A DNA stretch of 64,000 bases from Patescibacteria group bacterium UBA7435 (GTDB taxonomy: Bacteria; Patescibacteriota; Minisyncoccia; Phycocordibacterales; UBA918). Below the pieces are notes generated by a model, which was given only the letters and a program-made list of their open reading frames with translations, made no database searches and had not been told where the DNA came from. Numbering within the stretch: the stretch's first letter is position 1; every line of letters begins with the position of its first letter. Shown piece by piece: positions 39,152-49,546 of the stretch. Both the position numbers and the translations under genes were made by a program. The stretch lies in the NCBI GenBank assembly GCA_002477545.1, contig DLQJ01000016.1, forward strand, positions 24,528-88,527, read 5' to 3'.

Positions 39152-39227
39152 TGGTGCTTGGGGGCGGGCTTGAACCGCCGACCCTTCGAGCTTCAATCGA
39201 ATGCTCTACCAACTGAGCTACCCAAGC
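39152..39227 (-). tRNA. tRNA-Phe(GAA)
   Basis: Anticodon arm TTCGA-TTGAAGC-TCGAA; encoded CCA. Confidence 0.96.
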
Positions 39228-39356
39228 AAATGATGAACAAAGCGCATGCTTGCATGCAGTTTGTTCGAATGTCGCTTAGGAAAGATTCCTCTTACCCAAG
39301 CATGTGCGCTGTGCGTGGGTGCTATTGTACCTGTTTCTCTATTTTTTTCAATACTA

Positions 39357-39677
39357 TTAGTTCCCCTTTCCTGAAGCCATCCATTCTGTAAATTGTTTAA
39401 GTCCAGGAATTTCTTGTATACCCGCTCGGAATACATCATACGAAGATCCCAGCGCAGTAAAGTATGGCTCCAGTACGTAAAAATACAATGCGAACGGAAG
39501 TCCAACCAGTGCGATATACCATACAATCCGGATCCAAAAAGCCCAGAGACCATTACGGTGGATTTTTTTAAGTAAGTGATTGTTCTCCTCAAGCAATTCA
39601 GAGTTTCGTTCCATTAGTTCTTCCATTTTCTTATGAGAAGCATCAATCTGCGCCTGTAGCTGTGTATCTGTTTCCAT
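39357..39677 (-). CDS. Hypothetical protein with coiled coil and one TM
   Basis: ELLEENNHLLKKI followed by a hydrophobic segment. Confidence 0.7.
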   Translation of the reverse strand: METDTQLQAQIDASHKKMEELMERNSELLEENNHLLKKIHRNGLWAFWIRIVWYIALVGLPFALYFYVLEPYFTALGSSYDVFRAGIQEIPGLKQFTEWMASGKGN

Positions 39678-39695
39678 GATAATAATTATATCACC

Positions 39696-39890
39696 CTAAT
39701 ACCCCGAAATAAGTTTTACTGACAGCACTACCACTGTTACTAAGAATATTCTTCGTAACCAAATGTCGCCAATTTTTATAGCGTATTTAGTTCCCAAATA
39801 GGACCCTGCAAACATTCCTGTAAAAAACTAATCCAAACTTCCAATGAAACTTGAGATAAGTCCAATAAAAAATATTGGAAATAGCTCCAT
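39696..39890 (-). pseudogene. Remnant of a TauE/SafE (TSUP)-like membrane transporter
   Basis: Reads MELFPIFFIGLISSFIGSLD*FFTGMFAGSYLGTKYAIKIGDIWLRRIFLVTVVVLSVKLISGY*: N- and C-terminal-like segments joined across an in-frame stop. Confidence 0.55.
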
Positions 39891-39891
39891 G

Positions 39892-39963
39892 TGCTCTCAC
39901 TAGGAATCGAACCTAGATCTAATCCTTAGGAGGGACTCGTTCTATCCATTGAACTACGAGAGC
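39892..39963 (-). tRNA. tRNA-Arg(CCT)
   Basis: Anticodon loop CTCCTAA; GGTTCGATTCC. Confidence 0.94.
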
Positions 39964-40034
39964 GGTTTTGGATGGAAATACTGTAGCATAAAAAGCACTG
40001 CCCGTGGGGCAGTGCTTTTTTATGTATTTATAAA

Positions 40035-40268
40035 CTAGGCAAGTAGCTCCGCAACCTTTGCTTCATCAAAGCCGACCACAACATCGTCTCCGATTCGGAT
40101 CACTGGCACGCCCATCTGTCCGGTCATTTCGATCATCTCCTGTCGCTTTTCTTGATCAGAAGCAACGTCAATTTCTGTATACTCTACATTATTATCTTTA
40201 AAATATTCCTTCGCAGCCTGGCAAAAATGGCAAACTGGAGTACTGTAAATTGTTACTGTTTTATCCAT
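40035..40268 (-). CDS. Glutaredoxin / NrdH-redoxin-like protein
   Basis: CHFC active site; GVP; VGFD. Confidence 0.92.
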   Translation of the reverse strand: MDKTVTIYSTPVCHFCQAAKEYFKDNNVEYTEIDVASDQEKRQEMIEMTGQMGVPVIRIGDDVVVGFDEAKVAELLA

Positions 40269-40305
40269 AGCAAGAATTATACCATTCTGTTTTAAAAGTG
40301 CGAGA

Positions 40306-40674
40306 CTACCGCCAGAAAAGATACCAAGGAGGGGCTACAGCTTCTTCTGCTTGGACTTCTACAACCTCTTCATTCTCTCCTACAAGAATAATTACCTGTT
40401 CTCCCTCCCGAGCAACGTCAAAATTTTTCCGCATCTCTTCCTCAATTCCTCGTTCTCCTTCTAAATACTCCACTCGATCTTCCAGCTGTACTTTGCGTTC
40501 TTCCATACGATCTAATTCTGCTTCAGACTGTGCTCGTCTGCCGGACATCTCACGCTCTACGGTATACCGTTCGTACACGCTGACTCCCAACGCCACACCA
40601 ATGATAACGAGTACCAGAATAACTGGTCGGGAGTAGAGATATGTCTTATAGTTGTTTTTCTTGCCGAATTGCAT
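40306..40674 (-). CDS. Septum formation initiator (FtsB/DivIC-like)
   Basis: TM, coiled coil, IEEEMRKNFDVAREGE. Confidence 0.8.
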   Translation of the reverse strand: MQFGKKNNYKTYLYSRPVILVLVIIGVALGVSVYERYTVEREMSGRRAQSEAELDRMEERKVQLEDRVEYLEGERGIEEEMRKNFDVAREGEQVIILVGENEEVVEVQAEEAVAPPWYLFWR

Positions 40675-40734
40675 AGATCAGTACTTTTTATGCTATTATT
40701 TTAGCACTTTATAGATTAATCTACGCACACAACT

Positions 40735-40866
40735 ATGAGCTTCATGTATGATAAACGGACTAAAAAGGCAATGAAATGGGTTTGGGTGGTAATCGCCAGC
40801 CTGATTGTGCTTAGCATGATCTTTGCATACTCTGGTGGTGCTTCTCTCCTTGGAGGACACGGATAG
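40735..40866 (+). CDS. 43-aa single-TM small protein
   Basis: MSFMYDKRTKKAMKWVWVVIASLIVLSMIFAYSGGASLLGGHG; followed by a terminator hairpin. Confidence 0.65.
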   Translation: MSFMYDKRTKKAMKWVWVVIASLIVLSMIFAYSGGASLLGGHG

Positions 40867-40980
40867 CCATCAGAAAATAACAAAAGACCGATACTAAAGT
40901 ATCGGTCTTTTGTGTTCCTAGATTGTCGCGCTCCGCTGGCAATGACGATGTGTTTTGCAACAAAGTAATTACTAAATATT

Positions 40981-42774
40981 TTAATCGTCCTTTATCATTT
41001 TCATAAACACGTCAGGGGGTATATGTACATTTCCCATTCCTCTTGCCAGCGCCTTTTTCTTCCCCTTCTTCTGCTTATCCAAAAGTTTATTCTTACGAGA
41101 TACATCTCCTCCATAAAGTCCCGCGGTTACATCCTTACGCATTGCTGAGAGCGAGCGTGATGCAATAATTTTTCCGAGTACTTTTGCTTGTAGTTTTGTT
41201 ACAAACTGCTGTCTCGGCATTGTTTTATACAATTTCTCTACCACTGCCTTTGCATCAAATTCAGCTCGTGCCATCCCTACTACTCGGGAGAACGCTGGGA
41301 CCACCTCTTCAGCAACCAGTACATCAAGTCGTGCCACGTGCGCAGTACGCATTTCGGCAATTTCGTAAGATAGTGATGCATATCCACTTGAAGCATTTTT
41401 CAACTTATCAAAGAATCCCCGCATGAGTTCCCGTAATGGCATTTCGATTGTCAGAAGATTACGCCCGTCCCCAAGTACTTCAGTATCAATAACCCCTGAC
41501 TCATGATCAAAAAGAAGTGTCATGATATTTCCTACATATTCTGGTGGCAAAATAATCTGACCCAAGATCCATGGTTCACGGATAGTAACCTTCGCTCCAT
41601 GATCTGGGAAGCGTGACGCTGCATAAATTTCTTCAACAGTTCCATCATCGTGGGTGATTTCATACGAAATTGATGGTGAAGTAATCACAAGCTCAATATT
41701 AAACTCGCGACGCAGTCGCTCAGTAATGATCTCTAAGTGAAGCATTCCAAGGAACCCACAACGAAACCCTCGCCCGAGTACACCAGATGATTCTTCTTCA
41801 TATGAAAGTGAGGAGTCTGAAAGCTGGAGACGATCGAGTGCTTGGCGGAGCATAGTGAAGTCATCCTGACTTTCAGGAAACACTGACGCCCATACCACTG
41901 GGTGCGCTTTTTGGTATCCCGGAAGTGCTTCAGCGTTACTTTTTTCAAACATCAATGTGTCTCCTACTGCAGCAACCCCGGGTTCTTTAATACCGGTGAC
42001 GATGTATCCAATCTCTCCTTCAGTTAGAAGGTCGGTCGGTACCTCCTCTGGGGCCAACATACCCACCTCAAGGGCCTGAAATGACTTACCACTGATGGCA
42101 AACTTCAGTTTGTCCCCTTTCTTCACCTGTCCGTCGAAAACCCGCTGGTAAACGATAATACCGCGGTGATTAGAATATTGAAAATCAAAGATAAGGCCTC
42201 GATATTGATCTGATCCTGAAACGGTTGGTGCTGGAATACGTTCACAGATTGCGTCCAGTAGTTCTGGCACACCTTCTCCTGTTTTACCTGATGCACATAA
42301 AATATCTTCGAGTTCGCAATCAAGCAGATTAATAAGGTCTTCAGATACTTCGTCGATGCGTGCGTAGGATACATCTACTTTGGTAAGTACGGGAATGATC
42401 TTTAGCTTAAGATCTTTTGCCATCTGGAGTACAGAAAGTGTTTGTGCCTGCACGCCTTGCGTACTGTCTACCAATAAAAGCACTCCCTCAACCGCGTTAA
42501 GTGCTCGTGATACTTCATACGAAAAGTCGATGTGCCCCGGAGTGTCAATCAAGTTCATTTCAAAAGCGACTCCATCTTTGAGGTACTCCATGCGGGCCGG
42601 CTGCATCTTGATGGTAATCCCCCGTTCACGCTCAAGATCCATGGAGTCCAATACTTGGTTTTGCATCTTACGTGCCTCCACGGTCCCTGTCTCCTCCAAC
42701 ATACGGTCAGAAAGCGTCGACTTGCCGTGATCGATATGTGCGATTATAGAAAAATTACGTATTTGTTTAGCCAT
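40981..42774 (-). CDS. lepA: Elongation factor 4
   Basis: IRNFSIIAHIDHGKST, GFRCGFLGMLH, RKDVTAGLYGGD. Confidence 0.98.
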   Translation of the reverse strand: MAKQIRNFSIIAHIDHGKSTLSDRMLEETGTVEARKMQNQVLDSMDLERERGITIKMQPARMEYLKDGVAFEMNLIDTPGHIDFSYEVSRALNAVEGVLLLVDSTQGVQAQTLSVLQMAKDLKLKIIPVLTKVDVSYARIDEVSEDLINLLDCELEDILCASGKTGEGVPELLDAICERIPAPTVSGSDQYRGLIFDFQYSNHRGIIVYQRVFDGQVKKGDKLKFAISGKSFQALEVGMLAPEEVPTDLLTEGEIGYIVTGIKEPGVAAVGDTLMFEKSNAEALPGYQKAHPVVWASVFPESQDDFTMLRQALDRLQLSDSSLSYEEESSGVLGRGFRCGFLGMLHLEIITERLRREFNIELVITSPSISYEITHDDGTVEEIYAASRFPDHGAKVTIREPWILGQIILPPEYVGNIMTLLFDHESGVIDTEVLGDGRNLLTIEMPLRELMRGFFDKLKNASSGYASLSYEIAEMRTAHVARLDVLVAEEVVPAFSRVVGMARAEFDAKAVVEKLYKTMPRQQFVTKLQAKVLGKIIASRSLSAMRKDVTAGLYGGDVSRKNKLLDKQKKGKKKALARGMGNVHIPPDVFMKMIKDD

Positions 42775-42956
42775 ATAGTGTGCGTACTCTACCTTAATCC
42801 GGTACCGAGTGCAAAGAAATATCCCTGTCTTAATCGGCAAAATTCTGAGGATAGTTCGGGAAACTAGTTGAAAACTAGATGAGTCATATTTTATTATATG
42901 GTGAATGAAGTTTTCAATGTAGTGCCGAAGAAATATTCGAGAATTTTGTTGATTAT

Positions 42957-44633
42957 TTAAAGTACATCGTCCTGCGACACCACAACTTCGGTCTTGAACA
43001 AACGTCCTTTAAATGATTTAAAGACTTCAGACAACTCAGGAGAGCGCACTACATAGTATGTTAAAATCACCCCAAGAATACCGGCGAGTGCCCCCATAAA
43101 CCCTTGTAAGAAAATACCAATAAATGTTTCTTCATCAATTCCGAAAATAAAGAAGTTTAATGCGGCGTATGCACAAAATCCTCCAACCACGGCGGCAAGC
43201 ACTGACCGAAACGCGTGTAACGGAATCCATGCTGTGTCGAATGAGAACGTCCGTGCGGCAACAATCATGAGTACGCAGACTTGTAAGATAATTGCGACAC
43301 TGTAGGCGGCGGCAATGGTGAGTACCTCAGAACCAGCAACGGCATTGGTACGCATAAGCACTCCAATAGCAGTGTGTGCCTCAGGAGATGCGACATACCA
43401 TGCATACAAAGAGTACGTAAGCCCAACTGCGCTTATTGATCCAAAGAGCGTCACAAGAAACGGAATCTTGGTATACCCTCCTGCATAAAATACACGCACC
43501 AACAGTAGATTAACTGCCTGTGCAAAAAGCGAAATACACAACAACGCAAGTACTGCGGCAGTTAGACGTGTGTCTCCCCAGTCAAACGCTCCACTTCCAA
43601 GTACCACACGCACCATTTGTGCACGAAGGACAATAATTAATCCAATCACGGGAACGGACCAAAAAATAATATGTCGTAAGGCGGTCACAATGTGTATCCG
43701 AAACGCGTCCATTTTCTTTTGCGCATACAAATCAGCAAGCAAAGGAAACGCAGCTATTGAATAACTCGCTCCAATGATTGCCAGCGGTACTGACTGAAGA
43801 TTGTATGCAAACTGAAACACAGCAACTGACCCAACGGTCATCAAACTTGCAATACCTACCAAAATCAACAAAACAATCTGATGCATTGCCAAGGTTAATG
43901 CGCGAGGAATCGACACCTTGAGTATCGATCCAATAAGTAACCAGTCAAAATTGGTGACTACCCCAAAGGAAAGGTCACTTTGGCGCACCAGTGGGAGCTG
44001 TACGAGCATGTGCCCTAGTGCCCCAAAGACTACTCCCCACGCAATACCAGAGACCCCTATAACAGGATACAGAAAAATAATACCTAGGATAATACCGAGA
44101 TTATAAATTAGCGGACTTATTGCATACAAAACGAATCGATGTCCAATTTGAGTAATCACACCAAAGAGACTTGAGACACCAAGCAGTAACGGTTGCAGCA
44201 ACAGCACACGCAATACTGCAGTAATCTCGGGAACCTGTTCAAGCATGCCAGGGAATACTACTGGCACAATATAGGGTGCCAGTACCCAGACTAATCCAGC
44301 AAGGATCGTGTAGAAAATAAGAAAGAGTGAAAATACTTGCCCGAGCACCAACTTCGCCTGCGAAGAATCGGAAGCGGTAATACGAGAAACAACAAACGGA
44401 ATCAGTACGTACACCGACAGCGTTGACGCGAACAATACATAGAGCAGATCAGGAATACGAAATGCGGCGTAATAGATATCGAGCTCAATACCTGCACCAA
44501 ATTGGTGCGCAAGCATTCGGTCACGCACCAAAGCCAACAACTGAGAACCGAACGCAAATAATGCAAGAACATACGCGGCCTGATGCAGACCGCGTACTTC
44601 TTTATACATCATTTTAATCACCCGCTTCACCAT
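42957..44633 (-). CDS. murJ: Lipid II flippase MurJ
   Basis: LVRDR, FGAG, AAFRIPD; many TMs. Confidence 0.93.
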   Translation of the reverse strand: MVKRVIKMMYKEVRGLHQAAYVLALFAFGSQLLALVRDRMLAHQFGAGIELDIYYAAFRIPDLLYVLFASTLSVYVLIPFVVSRITASDSSQAKLVLGQVFSLFLIFYTILAGLVWVLAPYIVPVVFPGMLEQVPEITAVLRVLLLQPLLLGVSSLFGVITQIGHRFVLYAISPLIYNLGIILGIIFLYPVIGVSGIAWGVVFGALGHMLVQLPLVRQSDLSFGVVTNFDWLLIGSILKVSIPRALTLAMHQIVLLILVGIASLMTVGSVAVFQFAYNLQSVPLAIIGASYSIAAFPLLADLYAQKKMDAFRIHIVTALRHIIFWSVPVIGLIIVLRAQMVRVVLGSGAFDWGDTRLTAAVLALLCISLFAQAVNLLLVRVFYAGGYTKIPFLVTLFGSISAVGLTYSLYAWYVASPEAHTAIGVLMRTNAVAGSEVLTIAAAYSVAIILQVCVLMIVAARTFSFDTAWIPLHAFRSVLAAVVGGFCAYAALNFFIFGIDEETFIGIFLQGFMGALAGILGVILTYYVVRSPELSEVFKSFKGRLFKTEVVVSQDDVL

Positions 44634-44640
44634 GATTATA

Positions 44641-47154
44641 TTAGTTTACTTCTTCTACTTCAGCTGGTTCTTCAATTACTTCTTCTTCTGAAGTGTCGTC
44701 AGCCACCGTATTGACCGTACTTACCAATGGAGTATCTGGAGCTTCGGTTGTAGTGACGTTTTCTTCTGATCCAGAAACCGCTTCGGCTTCTTCTATTGGT
44801 TCAGTTGCAGTTTGTGGAGCTTCAAGTGGTGCACCACTTTCTAGCTGTGCCACCAAATCAGCAACATCAGTGTTATCTGGATTTAGTTCAAGTACTACTT
44901 TCATTTGTTCTAATGCCGCATCTGCATTGCCACTTTGAACAAAAGCTAAAGCAAGGAAATATCGTGCGTTTGCATAACTTGGGTCAAGCACTACTGCTTG
45001 AGAAAAAGCAGCAATAGCGCCTTCAATATTTTCAGCTGAAGATTCAAGGATACCGAGTTGATAATATCGTGCAGGGTTATTTGGTTCAAGAGAGATAATT
45101 GCTCGAGTAGTTGCAATTGCATCATCCACATTTCCAGCTGCGATATCAAGCTGTGTCAGGAAAAACAATGCATCGGTGTAGTTCTGCTTAAGTTGCACTG
45201 CTGCAATTGCTGAAGTTCGGGCTCCTTCAAGGTCTCCTGTTCTTGAAGCAAGCTGTGCTTCAAGCAAAGCGTACGACGGGTTTGTTGGATCTAGTAGTCG
45301 CGCTTGCCCAAATGCTTCTTTAGCGCGGTCACTTGCTCCTTCTACACCGGCTGCTGCAAGAATACTAAATACTGCGCCAAGTGTTGAATGATTCAAAGGG
45401 TTCGTTGGATCAGTGTCTACCGCCAACTGTGCAGCGTTTACTCCGTTTGCTGCTGCACTTTGGAATAACTGTTGTTGTTCAGCTGTCGGTTCAGCTAATG
45501 CAAGTAGTGAATTCATCTTTGCAAGTTGATATCCAGCAAGCTGTCGTGCATATACGTCATTTGGATTTACTGCATACGCCTCGGCAATTTTCTGTTCGAC
45601 TGATTCAATGGTTGTGTTCGGAGTTACTTCATTAATTGCCTGTGTAAACGAATACACTGATGCATAGTGGCGACCGGTGTAATAGAGCACGCTTACTGAA
45701 CCAACAATCACCAACATCACAATTGCTACTAAGATAAACCCAGCACGCTTACTTGCAGTAATAGAAACGGAACGTGTTGAAGCGTTGAGGAGCGTACCGT
45801 GAGCTAAGAACATAATGCTAGTAAACATCGCAGCAAGCAATAGAATGGTTGGCCCTGGATTATAAAAGAACGACATTCCCCAGAGATATCCTGAGGCAAC
45901 AAATGATGATGTCCCAATGAAGTACCAAAAACGATCAACATGCACTGTTTTGAAAAGCATGCGGAAGCCTGCAGCCAGAAACAGTACAAAGAACGTAAAC
46001 CAGGCGATTACCCCAAAAATTCCAACGGTTACAAACTGTGTGGTAATAAACCCACTTGCGCTGGTGAAATCAGTTTCCCAAAAAAGCGTTTGGTTAATTG
46101 ACGCGTCTTTATATAAACGCCAGGCATCACTGAATCGGTTTGGCCCGATTCCTACAAATGCATTTTCCTGATACACATTGCGAGCAATATCAACGGTTGC
46201 TTCCAGTGAAGGTCGCACTTCTACATACGACACACCGGTAACGTCAGAAACGATTCCTCCTACAGCTGACCCTCCGATGATGAAGAGTGTGGAAACGACA
46301 AACACCATTGTAGACAACGAAATAGAATAGAGAGAAACGGTGGGTTGCGTATCCAGACCAAGAGATTGTTCTGAGAATCGGTCTTTAGTGAGGGTGTACA
46401 TCAAAAGCACGAGACTCACCAATGCAAGCACGATCCAAATAGCAAAGAAGTTCACCACCATGAGCATCAGCAATGAGACGCTTACTACAGAAGAAAAGAG
46501 AATCTTCCCCCACTTAGTTAATGGAAGTTGCTCAAGGGCAACAAGCGAAAGAAGAATAGAGAGACCGAAGAACAACCCGAGGTCATTCCATCCACCCATA
46601 GGCGTACTCGTAGCACCTCCAAAAACTCCTAAGGATAGGAAACTCTCTCCAAAGAGAATACGAGCTACATGGAAAAGTCCTAGAATTACCGCACTTCCTG
46701 TAAGAAGTACGTACAATCGCATAATCGTTGACTTGGTCTGTCCAAATACCGAAGAAATACTTGCGGTTACTGCCAACAGAAGTGTGAACAACGCCGTTTG
46801 CACGCCAAAGGTATCTCCGATAAACGAATCATACATGTCACCCGAGAGAAGTGCTGACACGGCAGTTACAATGGCTATCCCCCAGAATGCAACAAGTGCC
46901 CATGGCGCAGTAAAGGTAATCTTTCCAGAACGAAGTACTGAAAGACTGAAGAAAATAAGTGCAACGAATACGCCTACAATAATAAATAATGTTTTTGTGT
47001 ATCCAAAAGGTGCATACACCGTTGGGATAAAGAACAATGGTAGTAAACCAAAAATTACTACAATACTATTTTGTGCAATAGTGCGTAGCGAAACTTCAAT
47101 CTTATCCTTCCGTTCTTCTTGTTGCTGTGAAACAGCGTGAAATGATTCCTGCAT
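44641..47154 (-). CDS. Polytopic membrane protein (O-antigen ligase-like) with C-terminal TPR repeats
   Basis: About 12 TMs with a VGIGPNRF loop; TPR-like repeats (ALFFL, YYQLG, ARYFLA). Confidence 0.75.
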   Translation of the reverse strand: MQESFHAVSQQQEERKDKIEVSLRTIAQNSIVVIFGLLPLFFIPTVYAPFGYTKTLFIIVGVFVALIFFSLSVLRSGKITFTAPWALVAFWGIAIVTAVSALLSGDMYDSFIGDTFGVQTALFTLLLAVTASISSVFGQTKSTIMRLYVLLTGSAVILGLFHVARILFGESFLSLGVFGGATSTPMGGWNDLGLFFGLSILLSLVALEQLPLTKWGKILFSSVVSVSLLMLMVVNFFAIWIVLALVSLVLLMYTLTKDRFSEQSLGLDTQPTVSLYSISLSTMVFVVSTLFIIGGSAVGGIVSDVTGVSYVEVRPSLEATVDIARNVYQENAFVGIGPNRFSDAWRLYKDASINQTLFWETDFTSASGFITTQFVTVGIFGVIAWFTFFVLFLAAGFRMLFKTVHVDRFWYFIGTSSFVASGYLWGMSFFYNPGPTILLLAAMFTSIMFLAHGTLLNASTRSVSITASKRAGFILVAIVMLVIVGSVSVLYYTGRHYASVYSFTQAINEVTPNTTIESVEQKIAEAYAVNPNDVYARQLAGYQLAKMNSLLALAEPTAEQQQLFQSAAANGVNAAQLAVDTDPTNPLNHSTLGAVFSILAAAGVEGASDRAKEAFGQARLLDPTNPSYALLEAQLASRTGDLEGARTSAIAAVQLKQNYTDALFFLTQLDIAAGNVDDAIATTRAIISLEPNNPARYYQLGILESSAENIEGAIAAFSQAVVLDPSYANARYFLALAFVQSGNADAALEQMKVVLELNPDNTDVADLVAQLESGAPLEAPQTATEPIEEAEAVSGSEENVTTTEAPDTPLVSTVNTVADDTSEEEVIEEPAEVEEVN

Positions 47155-47238
47155 ACATGTGCTAATCCATTAATCCCTAAATAATATATACCTAAAGAAT
47201 ACCATATATACAAAAACCCCCATACGGAGGTTTTTTGT

Positions 47239-47573
47239 ATACGCGATAAGCCGGATTTTGTCTAGAAAATTCTAGGATGGTCATATACCTAGGGCATGTA
47301 TTGCTACATACCTCATGCGGCTCTCCTATATAAAATAGGCACGGCCTTGCATGCAAGTAAGGATTTAGCCGTTTCACCCTCGTGGTTGCCCACAAGATTT
47401 ATCCCAAGGGGATATTTTTCCCTTTCGGGTCCAACGTCACTGCTCGCACCTCTGAATACAATGTATTACGACGGGAGTTACCCGCTACCTTTTTTGATCT
47501 ATAAATAGAAAAACATGTCCGGACTTTCCTCTTGTACGTACCATATGATACATACAAGCAACCATCTGCGTGC
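47239..47573 (-). ncRNA. rnpB: RNase P RNA
   Basis: Reverse complement contains GAGGAAAGTCCGGAC, GGTGAAACGGC and ACAAAATCCGGCTTAT; terminator follows. Confidence 0.95.
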
Positions 47574-47618
47574 ATGCATTATGCCACATTAAAATAAAAT
47601 TGCAATTTTATGAAGGTA

Positions 47619-48101
47619 CTACTGCACAAAGCGGCCAGGGAGCGCCAACTTACTACCGATTTGTATATTAAAATCATCAGTAAAATACGCATTCACCTCA
47701 AGTACATATCGTGCATTTTGTTCTGGCGTAAATACCGTAGGATACGTATCCGGCTTTATGTTTTTTTCTATATGTATTAGCTCTAACTGATCATCAAACC
47801 ACATAATATCTAGGGGGTAGTGCATGTCGTTCATCCAAATGCCGTGCCGATCATTAGTATCAAACACAAATAATTTTCCACCAAACTCTGGTAATGAATC
47901 CGTTCCTGAAAGACCTTTCATTCTTTCACTATGTGTATCAGCAACCGTTGCTGTTACTGTCGCAAGACCAACATGGACCGTGTACAATTCATCTTTCGTA
48001 CTAAATCGTTCTTTGATATTGTCAGAATACAAAGAAAATGCATATACACCGACCACAACAAGTGTAACTACAAAGACTATTTCTAAGAACAATTTAATCA
48101 T
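47619..48101 (-). CDS. DUF192 family protein
   Basis: GLSG, IWMNDMHYPLD, YVLEVN. Confidence 0.9.
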   Translation of the reverse strand: MIKLFLEIVFVVTLVVVGVYAFSLYSDNIKERFSTKDELYTVHVGLATVTATVADTHSERMKGLSGTDSLPEFGGKLFVFDTNDRHGIWMNDMHYPLDIMWFDDQLELIHIEKNIKPDTYPTVFTPEQNARYVLEVNAYFTDDFNIQIGSKLALPGRFVQ

Positions 48102-48115
48102 ATGTTATAGATAGT

Positions 48116-48526
48116 TTACCAAGGCCAAAATTCTAAAATAAAAGTACCGAGCATAATAAACAGTACGTAGAACCCTACGCGAATTGCGTAATACTGTAGT
48201 GACCGTCCTTCAAATAGAGTAGGTCCAACTGCAGAAGCAGCTACAAAAAGAGAAATCATCCCAACTGCTTGTATTGCTGTAACAGATAGTAACGGTACGT
48301 ATGCAAGAAAGTACGCAAGTAATCCAAGCATGATTGTGTAACTTACAAATGTAAGAATCATGTGCTTGATCATATGCACTTCCGCTGCTTGTATTTTTTC
48401 TTCGGTGAGACCCGTTTCTTTCATCCAGATCTTGCCAAACAACATCGGTGAATACCAAACAGTAGCCAACGCCATCATAAAGCTCGCGGTTCCCAATACT
48501 GCAAATTCGTGTATCACTTCAAACAT
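48116..48526 (-). CDS. DUF1761 family membrane protein
   Basis: WYSPMLFGKIWM; 4 TMs. Confidence 0.85.
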   Translation of the reverse strand: MFEVIHEFAVLGTASFMMALATVWYSPMLFGKIWMKETGLTEEKIQAAEVHMIKHMILTFVSYTIMLGLLAYFLAYVPLLSVTAIQAVGMISLFVAASAVGPTLFEGRSLQYYAIRVGFYVLFIMLGTFILEFWPW

Positions 48527-48610
48527 ACCTTTAGGGTTATTTCATTAATATGACTTTAGTATACCAATAAAGGGCACGGCTGTAAGCCGTGCTCTTTATT
48601 GGTATCCCCT

Positions 48611-49546
48611 CTAGTCCCGCTTCCTCGCGTTCCTCGTCTCAGACTTCCTCGCCTGAAGCTTTACATAATTATCAAAATGCTTCTGATTTATCTCACCAGC
48701 TGTAATCGCGGTTTGTACCGCGCACCCTGCACTTTTAACATGATCACAATTAGGAAATTTACACGCGTAGGTCAAAACTTCAATATCAGCAAAGGTACCA
48801 TCGGTAATATCCTCTTCAGAAACAAACCCGAGTTCGCGCATTCCTGGTGTATCAATTAAATATCCCCCATTAGGAAGTTTAAAGAGTTCACGTGTAGTTG
48901 TTGTGTGCCGACCACGACTATCAAACGACCTAACCTCTTTCGTGTCTTGTGTTTCATTGCCTAGCAAGTGATTTGTGATAGTAGACTTCCCCGCTCCAGA
49001 AGAACCAAGCAGCACTGCCGTTATTTCATCGGTAAAGTACTCATCGAATATTTCCATCCCCGCTCCCGTTATAGCACTCACTGCATGTACAGGAGCTGTC
49101 CCTGCAACTTCAGAAACCTGTCCCACGTACAATGCGATGTTATCAACTACGTCAGATTTGTTGAGAATAATCACAGGAGTTGTATTCGCCTGTTCGGAAA
49201 GCACTAAATATCGCTCAAGACGTCGTAGATTAAAGTCATCATCAAGCCCCATCACAATAAAAACATAATCGACATTGGTAACCATTACCTGAACCGTATC
49301 ATCATGCGCGGACTTACGTTTCACTTCACTTCGACGAGGTTCAATAGATTCAATAATTGCTTTCTCATCCTCAAGTACACTAAGCACCACATAATCTCCC
49401 ACCTTAGGAAATTGTGTCGCCTCACCTTCATGAAAGTGTCCACGAATTGATGCAACATACTCCTTGGAATCCGCTACTACCACGTAGCTTGCTTTATGTT
49501 CAGTGATAACGCGTCCGCGGACTGTTTGAGGAATATCAGTCATCAT
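48611..49546 (-). CDS. rsgA: Ribosome small subunit-dependent GTPase A
   Basis: NKSD, GSSGAGKS, GRHTTT, DTPG, CKFPNCDH. Confidence 0.96.
   Translation of the reverse strand: MMTDIPQTVRGRVITEHKASYVVVADSKEYVASIRGHFHEGEATQFPKVGDYVVLSVLEDEKAIIESIEPRRSEVKRKSAHDDTVQVMVTNVDYVFIVMGLDDDFNLRRLERYLVLSEQANTTPVIILNKSDVVDNIALYVGQVSEVAGTAPVHAVSAITGAGMEIFDEYFTDEITAVLLGSSGAGKSTITNHLLGNETQDTKEVRSFDSRGRHTTTTRELFKLPNGGYLIDTPGMRELGFVSEEDITDGTFADIEVLTYACKFPNCDHVKSAGCAVQTAITAGEINQKHFDNYVKLQARKSETRNARKRD

Noticed and set aside
38967-39592. ORFs 38967-39212, 39143-39391 and 39218-39592
   Set aside because: They overlap tRNA-Phe or the better ORF 39357-39677.
39828-39830. In-frame TAG as evidence of stop-codon reassignment
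   Set aside because: TAG, TGA and TAA all end conserved genes in this window; a pseudogene is the simpler explanation.
47192-47508. Short ORFs on both strands
   Set aside because: They lie within RNase P RNA.
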